From: Geosiphon pyriformis uo1
Lineage: Eukaryota; Fungi; Glomeromycota
Direction of reading: 5' to 3'
Assembly: GCA_016748015.1 (NCBI GenBank)
Contig: JAAOMT010000480.1
Coordinates: 496,001 to 560,000 of the forward strand
Length of the DNA stretch: 64,000 bases
Made by a program: the position numbers and the translations under genes. The notes under the pieces are model-generated. The model did no database searches and was not told the DNA's origin. It was given only the letters and a program-made list of their open reading frames with translations. Every line of letters begins with the position of its first letter. The stretch's first letter is position 1. Positions 24,972 through 37,800 of the stretch are shown piece by piece.

Positions 24972-27900
24972 TGTTATTCAAGTAGAAAAACCAATCCAAA
25001 GTTATAAAAAAAACATGACCAAAAATATAATGACATGGAATAACACAGAATAATATGAAATAATTAAAAAACAATTCTGTAAAACCAAAAAAAATATATA
25101 AAACAAGTAATTATAAGAGTTAAAAAAAACAACCAAACAAAAATCAATTTTACTTTTCCTTATAATTATTACATTTTATAAAAATAAAGAACTTATTTGA
25201 AAACTCAAAATCATTAATATATAGTCATTAATTATCTTGTGCTTTAATCAAACTAATTATTGTTTTATACTTTTGTTTTAAAACAGATGCTCTTAGCATA
25301 AATGCCTCAAACTTTTAACAATCTGAACTAATTGCTCTTAATTATAACAATTAATAATATTAATTTTTCTTTAAAATTTTATCTTTTCTTTTATTTTTTT
25401 TCTCTTTTTTTTTTTTTTTATTCTTTTGTAAAGCAGCAATATAAAAAAATTGACTATTTGAAAATAGACTTTGTGATAGTCTGGTAAAAAAAGGAAGCTT
25501 TTTTTAGGTTTAGATATTAACATTATCTTGTTAGCTTACTAAAAAAGTAAAAAAGACACTGCCAGACTCTAATGATTATGCTTAACTAACTCAGAGAAGA
25601 AAGCTCATATTGACAAATTGCAATACTATACAAACTATAACTCTGTGCTTTATAACCAAAAAACTTTACTGGTAAATTCATCTTCAGTAAAAAATTTTCA
25701 GAAACTGATAAACCAAACACCACAAATAAACTTATAAAAAAATTTTTAAAGCTTTCTTTAATCCAAAAATCAGAGCACTAAATATTATCACTATATCTTA
25801 CTAAGTTTACTTATAATATTTGATGCTCTTTGTAAGATTATAAAATTTTCAAAGACAAAACACCCCAGAAATTCACAAAAGTAGCAACCATTAGAACAAT
25901 AGAAAAAGATCACTTATATAGAAAAGCCTTACCTTAATACTTTAAAGAAAACTTAAAAATATTATCAAAACTATTATTGTAAAAAGTAATTTTTGTTATT
26001 ATTTATACACTAAAATTGACTGTTTATTAGGCCAAACAATAGATACAGAAAAACTCAGAAAACAAATTCATTAAAAGTTATTAACATATTTAACAAAAAC
26101 CACTACTTAAGCTATAGCTAAGACTCTTTATATAATTAATAAAAAAATTGAAAAATACACAGCACAATAATGCTCTCAAGTAAAAAGAAAACAAATAGCA
26201 AAGTCCGACTTCACAGAATTTGAGTCTGAATCTGATAATACAACAGCAGCACAAGAGCAAATCTGACCTACAGTTAACAAAAAATCAAGATTTTTTTTTT
26301 TAACTACTCCTTTATACTATTAGATTTCAGAAAGTAGAATCTTATTTAACCAACTCATAGAAATACAAACAAAAACTCCAAAAACTTTCAAAATTCTGTG
26401 CCCTTGAGACTATAATAATAATAATTTTTGGACAAAATTCCTGAAAGAATACAAATTATTATTTAAGAATCTTACTTCAACTGCCAGCCAATCCAGTAGA
26501 AACATGTCTTTTTAGGCACTATTATTAGCACAGCTCCTAACAAAATTGGTAACCACTCCTACAAAAAAACAGCCATCTTGTCACTTATTGGTCCTAACAA
26601 CAAAAAGAAACAATTAACATTAGCATTTAAAGAACAATACAGTATACCACTATCAAACTTTTTATCATTAACTAGTAAACTACCTTCTGTCACTTAGATA
26701 ATAGCTTACTGAGATATTGCCAAACTGAAAAAATTTTCTGGTAAAGAAGACAATATATACACATAAATAGTGAAAGCTAAAAAAGCAATTATTGTCAACA
26801 ATTAGAATAATGACAGAATAATTTAAATACTACCATTTTTCTTAATAGAAACTGCAGATTCATGGTACTAAAATCTTAAAAAAAAACTTATCATCTTTAC
26901 TGCTTTTAAACAGATCTTCTTACAATATTTTTGTGATCTTAATACATTTATTAAATTATAAAATCAGTTTAATATAATAAAACAAAAAGATTATGAAACA
27001 GTAACTACTTATTTCAGATAGTTTAATCAAATTCTTCAACAAATACTGGCAATTAAGAAAGATTACTACACTATAGTACAAGTCTTCAATTAATTTATCA
27101 AAAGATTAAAAAACAGTATTTTATAATCTATAAAACTCTGTTATTTAACAAACTTACAAGATGCAGTCATCTTTACTCGAAATTTTAAATTAACAAAGTA
27201 AGAAACTAATTATACTTAAGCCATTAACTTGGCCATCAATAAAATCTTAGATATTAATGCAAAAATAACCCAATTAAGTAAGACATTAATTCAGAAAATT
27301 GAGAAATTCTTAGCCAGTACTATCAGAACCTATTAGTCACCCCAATAAAGAGACAAAAACAACAACAATAACAGATACCAATAGCAACAGAATCATTAAT
27401 AACAACAACAATTCTGAAAATTAGATCTTTATAATTGTTACTACTGTCAAAAACTCAAACATATTGTTTGAAACTGCCAAAAAAAATTGGCAAATCAGAA
27501 CAAGAAAAATTAATATCTACAACAACAAAAATATTTTCAAGCTTTAGGATTCCAATATTCTGTACCTTAATATTAGCCACCACAATACATACAACAAATG
27601 TCTCAAAATTATTATCAGTCATCTGCAATAGTGCCAATAACATCTTAATACCAAACACTCATTTATAACTAATCCAGATTTTAAGCAATTAACTATAATC
27701 AAGAATAAAAAAATACTAGTGACAATTAAATGCAAACTAGCGGTGGACTATTCTGACTAGTACAGCACAATAATCTACCACCATGACCAGCACAAGCCAA
27801 ATATCTTAATCAAGCATTGTACTTTGGTCTAATAGAAACTCTGGATTTTTGTGATACTATACTTTTAGAAAGGTAAAATATAGTCAAAATAATTAATTTT

Positions 27901-29380
27901 TTTATTTTAAACCAATGTTAAGTTATCAAAACAATTTTACCAGTCACAATCACTGAAAATTATATCTTTGTCACTATATTTTTATTTAACATTGAAAATC
28001 TGAATAACCCTAATCTTTTTAGTAGAGCTGTTATCAACCAAAACAAACCAATTACAGTAATATATACCAATACTAAAATAGAAAAAATAAACATTAAATT
28101 GATACTTGATAGTAAATCTGCAGGTAGTATAATCACAAAACAACTTATGGATTAATTAGATCATCAAGTAGATTATGTAGCTACTGTCTGAATTATCACT
28201 GTAAATAGAAATACAAAAATTTTAATAGGAGAAATTAACAATTTTTTATTTAAAATCAGCAGAATTCAAATTTCTACCAAAGTGCTTATCATAGAAATTA
28301 CATAATATCAGACTCTTGTAAAAAATTATTGGTTAACAAAAGTCTATATTACACTAAATTGGAACACACAGAAACTTTAAATAACTTTTAACAGACAATT
28401 TGCTTAAGTACTTGCAATGTGTAAACACTTTTAAAAAGCAATCTCAGAACAATCATTAATTAAATTCAATAAACCTATTTCTCAATCCACTTTAGAAACA
28501 TATCAAGTTTTCTAGATGAACAATTTTTGAATAGAACTATTACTACTCTTTACTTGAGAAAAGAAAAGAAAAGAAAAAAATAATAAAAAACATTAGATTT
28601 TACCACCAATTTATCAAATATTGCATTAAAGAAATCAATTATATTAACTGCTAAAATTAATCTGTGTTGATTGTAAAAAGAAATTATTTTTAATGGGTAT
28701 TTGCATTAGAAACAATGAAGTTTGGCCAACTGTTACCAAATATTATTGTTAACCATGTGTGCTAAAAAAATTTGGATGACCAAAATGACAAAACAAATGG
28801 GATAACACACTCTGCTTTATATGTAATAAAATTCTGTTAAACAAAAAATTATGAATTAACATTTTTGGCAGAAAAGGAATATGTAATGAATTATGTTAGT
28901 ACACTATTTTAATTAATGACTAGGCTTGGAAAAAAACTTTGTTTGCTACCATATATTAATAAGCAATAAACTGACTGGATACATATCCTCACAATGAAGA
29001 AGAAATATGGAAATTAGCTTTAGCTAAATGAGAGGGTGCCACTATCAAGGAGATATACATCATCAAAAATATTCTAATAGCTATTGAGAAAATAAATAAC
29101 ATATTTATAAATAACTCTAAAGCATTTTAAGACTAGTACCAAGAACTGGGTTCAATCTGAAAAAAACAAAAACAGAGACTAACAAATCTTAATACAAAAC
29201 TATGTGATTATTGCTTAATTTTTTGTTATTTTTAGTACTGTAACAAGTGTAATTTCTTATTTAATCTAATTTTAAAAACACTATATTCTATTCTCAAACT
29301 ACTAAAACCAAAAGAAAAATATGAGTTCAACATTAAAAACATGTTATTTCTAATACTACTGAAATAGAATAATATCTTGC
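24972..29380 (+). mobile_element. Ty3/gypsy family A copy 1: 5' LTR 24972-25818, decayed PBS, gag, protease and Cys-rich region; truncated just before dUTPase
   Basis: Colinear with copy A2 at 58733+ (LTR start tgtta.tc.agtagaaaaaccaatccaaagttat; IAKLKKFSG gag; IKLILDS protease); many stops. Confidence 0.9.
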
Positions 29381-30264
29381 TATTACTCATAGAAAAGAGT
29401 ACAAAAGAAATAGTAAGAAAAATAAATAAGAAAAATAAACCAATAAGAGAATAGTATTGAGCATGTAAGCACATTGCTAATAAATTATAGCACATTGTTC
29501 AGCAATGTAAGCAATGTTTGTAAATTAAGACATATTGTTTAACAATATAAGTATTGCTTAAAAAATTATAACACATTGCTTACAAATATGTAAGATCTTA
29601 TAAAACATCAATTATGTATATATAATGAAAGTATTAAAAGCAAAAAAGACAAAAATAATAGCTAGAATACACAGTTAGCATTTCTGATTAAGAAACACAG
29701 TTAGAAAAAAGTTTTAAATCTACATTAAATATCAATAAATTATCAATTACCATTTGAATCTATGTTATTATCACTTGATTAAAAAAATAACCAATCATTT
29801 CCACTCTATTAACACTTCATGTTGATAGAATTCACACTTAACTATACTAAAATAATAGCTATTAATAGAATACTAATTTCTTTTTTTTATTTATTTTTTT
29901 TCTTTATTTTTTTTATTTTTTTTTTATTTTTTTTTGGTTGTATTGTTTACTAATTAATTGAAAAATTAAAACATGTAGAGTTATTAACATCAAAAAAACT
30001 GGTAAAAAACCCAGAAATAAAGGTAAACACTCAGAAATTAAGAATAGTTTACCAGAGAATTACTGACCATTAAATTGAGAAAAAAATTTAATAGAATTGC
30101 AATTTTAGAAGGCTATTGAGAAAACATTATTAAATTTCTGTTTATTATATAAAAGATTTAACCAAAATCTTTAGATATCACCAACCATATTAAATATTAA
30201 GTATCAAGTTATGGATTTGTTATTTGTTTCCAAACTCCAAATAAGCACCTATAATATTTGGTGC

Positions 30265-31169
30265 TATTACAGGTGATTATTTGGGGTCTCAAATCAAATA
30301 ACAAACCCGTAACTTGGTGCTCAATTGATATAATGTTGTTGGTAATATCTGAAGGTATTGTTATCTGAAGGTTTTGGTTGATTTCTTTGTATAATGGACA
30401 GAGATTCAATGGTGATGGTAGTAGTTTTCCTGGAGTCGTAATTATGCCCAATTTTTTTCTCAGCTTGGCAACCGGATTTATTCTGGTAGTCGTGCCCTTC
30501 TGGTAAGCTATCTGTTAATATATATAATTCTACCCTTATTTCTGGGTCTTTTATCAGGCTATCCTTGACATCAATAACTCAGTGCTTAATTCTTTTAATC
30601 AATTAGTAAACAACAAAAGAAAATAAAATAAAGAAAAATAAATGAAAATAAAGAAATAAAGAAAATAAAATAAGAAATAAGTGTTCTGTCAATAGCCGTA
30701 ATCAAGAACTATTGTGCCAGCAGATTAAGTAGTAGATAATAACATGGATTTAAAAATAATGGATAATTTCATTAATATGGGAGTGATTTCACTTCAAGTT
30801 ATAGTATTCTATCTTTTAAAGGAAAGGTATTTAATAATTATGACCTGCGAGTCTAATTGACTCTGAGAGTCCTACTGACTCTTAGTCTTCTTAACTTTGA
30901 GCCTAATTGACTTTGGGAGTCTATTTGACTAATTTTCTAGCTTCTGATACTACTGCTATATATACATAATTGAGATTTCTCAATTTTTCAATTCTTCACA
31001 CCAGGAATCCTGGAATTCCTGGAATCCTGCAATTCCTCATATGAGAATCCTGAAATTCCTGAAATCCTGTAATTCCTCTAAGAGAAATCCTGGAATTCCA
31101 CATTTACTATGTCTCCTTCTGATTGGCTAATTTATATATTAATATACTTTCTATATCCTATAAGTAACA
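30265..31169 (-). mobile_element. Solo LTR (B-related, different U3), inserted in reverse into the PBS of element B; TSD GTGC
   Basis: Reverse-complement similarity to the 3' half of the B LTRs; ends tattac.../...gtaaca; GTGC on both flanks. Confidence 0.88.
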
Positions 31170-34100
31170 GTGCTTTTTGTAAGATATAATTTAACAGAGA
31201 ACCAGCACTAATAGCAATCATCCAAAACAATGACAGAATTAAAAGTAACAGGGGCAAATTACTTGGAATTTACAAAATTTCTATTTCAGCAATACTATCA
31301 ACAATTAGAATTAACCAGCAATTAATGGCCAGTTGAATCAGTTTTTAATTATTATGTCAATAACAGAATTACATATTTTTAGGAAGATCAACAGATACTG
31401 AATTAGCAAGAAAAAATTTTTACAACAAATTAATTTAATACACTAATCTATTATTAAATCACAACTTTGTTTTTACTATTACTGAAATCAACCAAAGAAT
31501 TGAAAGTTACATCCAACAAAAATTTTTCATTATCTACACAGACCATTCCAAAACAATCAAAAAAAAGCCAATTTATTGAGAATCTATGGCAATTTTTTTG
31601 AAAAATTTAAATTGTAATTACTAATGCCAACTGGATTTTAATTACTGCCACTTTAACCTGATTTCAGAGCTGCTAATTCTTGAAAAATAACTGACTTAGG
31701 AAAAAAAAAGACAAAGATTAGAAATTTAATTATCAAAATCCAATTTTAGAAACCCAGAAATACAAACTCTAATTGTTTCAATTCAGCAAAATCAGAACAA
31801 TCCAAATTTAGCTCTTATTGTTTCTCAAAACTTATCTCTAGTAATTGTAATTGATTCACTACCAGTTGCACCAATTGCCTAACAACAATTTCAACAATAG
31901 CAATAACAATAACTATTACTAATAGCCTATACACCAATTGCAAAACTCAAAAAGTTCACTAGTAAAGAAAATGATGTACAAGTCTGGCTCAATAATATAA
32001 AAAAAGCCATTATAGCCAATAGATAAAATGACACTAGAATATTATAAACAATTCCATATTTTTTTTAAGATACTGTTAACTCATGGTATTAAAGCCTAAT
32101 CCAGAAACCCCAAGACTTCAATGCATTTAAACTGAAATTTCTAAGATATTTTAGTAATAATAATAGCATTAATTATCTAGCAAATATTTTTACAACTATT
32201 AAACAAGGAGATATTAAAGTAATTACTACTTACTTGGGATGCTTCTATCAAAATCTACAGCAAATACAAGCCATTAATGTGAACTACTTTACTATGCTCC
32301 AAATCTTGAATCAATTTATCTATAGCCTATACAGTAATCTCCTACAATATGTGTATTCAATGTATTTTCAAACACTCCAAAATACTGTTATTTATGCCAA
32401 AAATTTTGAATTGGCTGAGCTAGAAACCAACCATACTCAAGTGATTAATCTAATAATAAATAGATTATCTGACTTAAATTCTAAATTGAAACAGTTTAAT
32501 GATTTAATCAATCAGAAATTTGAAAGATACTTAGCTAACAGTCAAACAATTTATCAATCTCTATAATGCCATGAAAATTCAGAAAATTTTAATCAATTTC
32601 AGAATTAGTCATGTTTATCTTTCTTATTAACAAATTAACCATAGCAACAAGAAATGCATATTTGCTATAACTGTGGTAAACAAAGACATATTAAGACTAA
32701 CTGCTGATTTTATAATAACTTATAATTGGGAAATCAATATTAAAATTCTAATTACTGGTTTTAAACTCCAAATTATCCCATAAATTAAGACCAATATCAA
32801 TCTTATTATGCCTTAATAACACAACAAATAATATACTTACTGCCAATCTATCAGTCTTTAATACTGATAATATATTAACTACAGTTACAGATCATCTATT
32901 AGCCTCAATCAAATTAGAGTTAGCTGTAGAACTTACCTCAAAATAAAAGTCAAAGACCAAAAACTACTCAAATCTACCAAAATTGGTAATCGACTATAGT
33001 AATATACCAACCAATTTCCAGTTCAGCAGTTCAGCAATCTGGATCTCAACAACAAAATTTAGAAACTAACTACACCTAAAACTCAAATGTCCAACATTAT
33101 TTAAGTTTTTTGGTATCCTTAGAAATCACAACACCCAATCCATCAAAACCCAATTAAATTCAACTATCTCTTAACAATATTTCACCAACAACAATCATTA
33201 AAGATGAATTACTTATTACTATCTTTCTTTTTGAATTTAAAAAAACAATTAAAGCATTTTTATTCAGTAAAGTTGCTCTTGAATCAAAATCTCTTACTAT
33301 AATGTATATTAATACTAAAGTTGATAATCAGCTCATTAAACTAATTCTAGATAGTAGATCAGTTAACAGCATTATTACATGACAACTTATGGACCAATTA
33401 GGTTACTAAGTTAATCATACTGTTAGTATTAGGATTATTATAGCTGATAAAGCAATCAAAACTCCTATTGGTGAAATTGATGACTTTTTTTTTGAAGTTA
33501 ATAACATCACTACTCCTATTAAAATATTAATCATAGAAGCTACTCAATATCAAGCTCTAGTTAATAATGACTGGTTATTTAAGACCAACATTATACTTAA
33601 TTAGACTATCAAGAATTGCAACTTAGCCAAAATAGTCAGCACATTTGAGTACCAGCTATTTGCAATTATTTCAAACCCAACACCACCTCAACAATATTAA
33701 TTGATCTTAAAAAAAAAGAAAAAAAACCTACTTAAAAAGCCTATTAAAGTATTATAGGCTAAAGAAGAACATAATAAACTGCCACCAATTTTATTATGGG
33801 ATAATAAAAGAAAAGAAAGAAAAAAAGATGAATTACAAGCCACCACCAATACCAGTAAAACTACCAAAAGTTGGCACACCTCATACTCAGTAAATACAAG
33901 AAAAAAACCACCCTATATTCTTCTTAAGTATATTAACTACAAGAAGAAATTTTCATTTATGGGAGCTTAGATTATATTAGACAAAAACTACTAGACATAT
34001 ACTCACTATTACTACAAGCCATGTCATTAAAAATGTTTTGGCTACCCAAAACAACAAAAAAAGTGGAACAATAAATTATGTCTTATTTGTGAAATAACAT

Positions 34101-34779
34101 TACTTGATAAAAAAATGTAGAATAACATTTCTGGTCAAAGAAAAATGTGCAATACATCATGTCAATACATGATTTTTATTAGCAATTGGATAAGCCGAGG
34201 AACTTTTTTTATTACTGCATAGAACTAAACACTCTCATGCTTGAATGGTTACTCACACAATAAAAACAAAATTTGGTGAATAATAAGTGCTAAAGTTGAA
34301 AACATTTCGTTTAATAAAATATTGACAATTAAAAATAACTTACAAGAACCAGTTAAAACCATTCTTATCCCAAATTCAAATATATTTTTTAATATTATAA
34401 GTAACCCAGAGCAATTCCACAAATACTACCAAGACTTGGCATCTACACAAAAAGAACAAAAATAATATTTAGAAGAGCTAAACACTTAGTTATGTGACTA
34501 CTGTTTAATTTTATATGACTTCAAGTATTGTAATAAGTGTAATCTTATCTACAATTTACCACTACACATAATCTATTCAATTTTTGAAGAGGAAGAACCA
34601 ATTAGTAAGTGTGTTGCAGAATTGAAATCAAACTTCAATTTCAATTTAGATTTTAATAATAACAATAACAATAGTTTTAACTCTGTTTACTATGACAATA
34701 ATAACAATGATTTAAACTCCAATTATAACTCTAAACAATATATCATGCTCCTAGATCTCTCAATAGAGCAGAAACTAAA

Positions 34780-35190
34780 ATGGTTCAGTGATAATAAGGA
34801 AGATATTATGCCAGAATACACACATAATACTGATGCAAGATTTGATCTCAAATATTCAAGAAAAACGGCCATCAAATTAGAACCACATTTGCATATTAAC
34901 ATTGATCTGAAAATAGCACTGGAAATTTTAACAACAACAATAGTTTAATTAGTATCTAGATCTAGTTTAACAAAGAAGGAAATTAATATTAGAGAAGAAA
35001 TAATTAACACAGAATATGTAGAAAATATTATTGTAATAGTACAAAATGATTTAAAAAAATCATATATAATTGAACCAAATAAAAAGATAACACAGGCAAT
35101 ATTTCTACCTCTAATAAAAATAGCTTAATTAATAATAGTAGGAACAAAAAAAAAATTAGAAATTACAGCCAAAAAAAAAAAAATTCGAAT
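34780..35190 (+). pseudogene. dut: dUTPase domain within family B pol
   Basis: DARFDL, IDLKIALEI, SRSSL, a decayed GIIDAGY.G equivalent and ITQAIF, matching trimeric dUTPase motifs 1-4. Confidence 0.8.
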
Positions 35191-37079
35191 TCATAAGTAG
35201 AATAGATGTACTAGTTAATATGGCAAAGAAAAAAACAATTAATAAAGAAAAAATTATCTTCACTTATTAATCAGTTTCCATTCTACTATATAATTAGTAC
35301 ATAGTAATAATAAAAAGAAAAATAAAGAACCAGCCCCAGATTTTTGAAACAAAACCAACTATTTGTAAATCAGAAAAAATTAGAATTATCAATTTCTACA
35401 TACCAGCCAAGAATTATAAATACATCAAAATTTCTATTTACAATACAACTGGAGACATTATTGAAATACCAAGTAGAACTATTATTGGATACTTAAACAC
35501 TAAAGTTGAGAACCAACCACCAAATACCATTCCAGATTTTTCACAACTGTGTAAATATATGAATATTACATCACAAACAATATACGAATAAAAAGAATGT
35601 TATTTGTTTTAACCAGAACAATTAGACCAAATAAACTTGGAAAACTTAGACTTACTTCAATAAATACAACTCAAAATGCTTCTCAACAATTTCACTAACA
35701 TATTTGTCAGTGAGAACAAATTTGGCAGAATTGATATTATCTAACACTAGATCAAAACTAAAGATACTATACCAATTAAACAACAAGCATACTAAATGCC
35801 ACCAGCCAGCCATAAAATCATCTAACAGGAAATCAACAGAATGTTGAATGATAGGTTAATTCAATTATCAATAAACTCATAGTTATTACCAGTGGTATTA
35901 GTCTAGAAGAAAAATAGAAAAATCTGCTTTTGTGTAGATTACAAAAAACTTAACAGTGTAACTTATAGAAACAGCTATCTAACTCCATAAATTCAAAAAT
36001 TATTCAATGTATTAGGAAAAAATAAATGGTTTTCAACACTAGATTTAGACAATAGTTATTGACAAGTAGTTATGAATTCAGCTAACAAAGAAAAAACAGT
36101 ATTTATTATATAAAAAAAGAATTTTGAATTCAATATTGGAATTGACTTAATTAGACTATTAACAATAACCAGCAGAAGCAATCATTATATAGCAGTAGTC
36201 ATAAATTATTTCACTAAATAGCCAAAAGCAAAAGCAATTTAAAGAGCAGATGCAAAATTTGTAGCCAAATTTGTTCATTAAAATTTAATTTGTCAATACA
36301 GATGTCTAAAAAAATTATTATTAGATCAAAAAACTCACTTTGTAAACAAGGAATTAACAGAATTGAGTCAAAAATTTGGAATTAAGAGACCATTATCATT
36401 ATTATATTATCTACAAACAAATGACTTAGTTGAAAAGTTCAACAGAACATTGTGTAAAACAATAGTCAAGATTAGCCAAAAAAACCATAATGTATAAAAT
36501 TTGTTTGTACTATTAATACTATTTGCTTATTAAACAATAAAGCAAGATACTATACAAGCAATACTATTTGAACTTGTTTATAGTAAAACAACAACATTAT
36601 CAGTTGAGATAGACATCAACACATATTTAATAAAACCAATAACAGAAGTCAATTTACAAAAAAAATTGCTAAAAAAAACATATGAACTAATAGAAACTTC
36701 AAAAAACAAAAAACAAAGAGCAGTTGATAATATTCAAAAGTCACAAAAAAAACAAAAAAAATAACACAATAACTAATTACCAGATAAACCAGTTAAATTC
36801 AGAATTGGAAACAAAGTATTATTATATTATACCAAAACAAAAAAACAATAGAGTAAAAAATTTAACTCTAAATTGAATGGATCATTTCATATTGAAAAAA
36901 TTTTAAGAAATAAAGCTTATAAACTAAGATAAAACAACAAAATTTTAGCTAAAACAATATATAGAAATCAATTAAAACCATATTACAATATAGCATTATC
37001 ATTTATTAATAATATTTTATAACTGAAAGCACAATAAATACTAGTTTAACTAAATAAAATTTCACAAGATCTGGAACCA

Positions 37080-37800
37080 ATTATAATCATCAATACAAAT
37101 ACATCAAAGTAATTAACCAAAATAATATAAAAAGACACAGTATACATGACAAAAGCAACAACAAAAAAATAGAAATTCCAAATTATATCTACTTAATGGT
37201 TCAACAATTATTCTAAGCTGTAAATCAATAATAATTGAATATGGAAATCATTATTAACCACTAAATAATCTGCTATCAGAACACCAAAAGAGAAAGAAAA
37301 GCAAGAAATATACTATATTAGCAATCACTAAACTCAACAAAACATTGGTCAGATAAAATAATAGAAAAAGTAAAAAATACTTTTGGAAAAATACCCATAA
37401 TTATTTTAACAAAAGAGCTAATAAAAAAAAGTTGGAAACACTAGACAAAACAACTTCCAATATTATATTATTACTATTAGTTAAAACAAAAGCTGAATAT
37501 TTAAGACCTATATATCAACAGATCCAAAAAAATATTCAATTAAAAAATAATACAGCAAATTGAAAACTTTATCAGAAAGAAGACAAACTTATTACTTTAC
37601 ATTAGAATAATCTATTAGCTATATACCATATTTTAAAATTATTCAGAAATATTATTACATCCAAAATAAAAACAATAACTATTAACCAGTAAGAAAGAAT
37701 AAATAACTCACAAGTAGAAAACATAAGAACCAGAATTAAACAAACAATATCAGAAAAAAAAGTAATAAAATTAATCCAAAATAAAAATTTTAATAGAACT
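37080..37800 (+). pseudogene. Decayed extra ORF3 between integrase and PPT of element B
   Basis: Coding-like, stop-interrupted stretch after IN, in the same position as ORF3 of element C. Boundaries are approximate. Confidence 0.45.
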
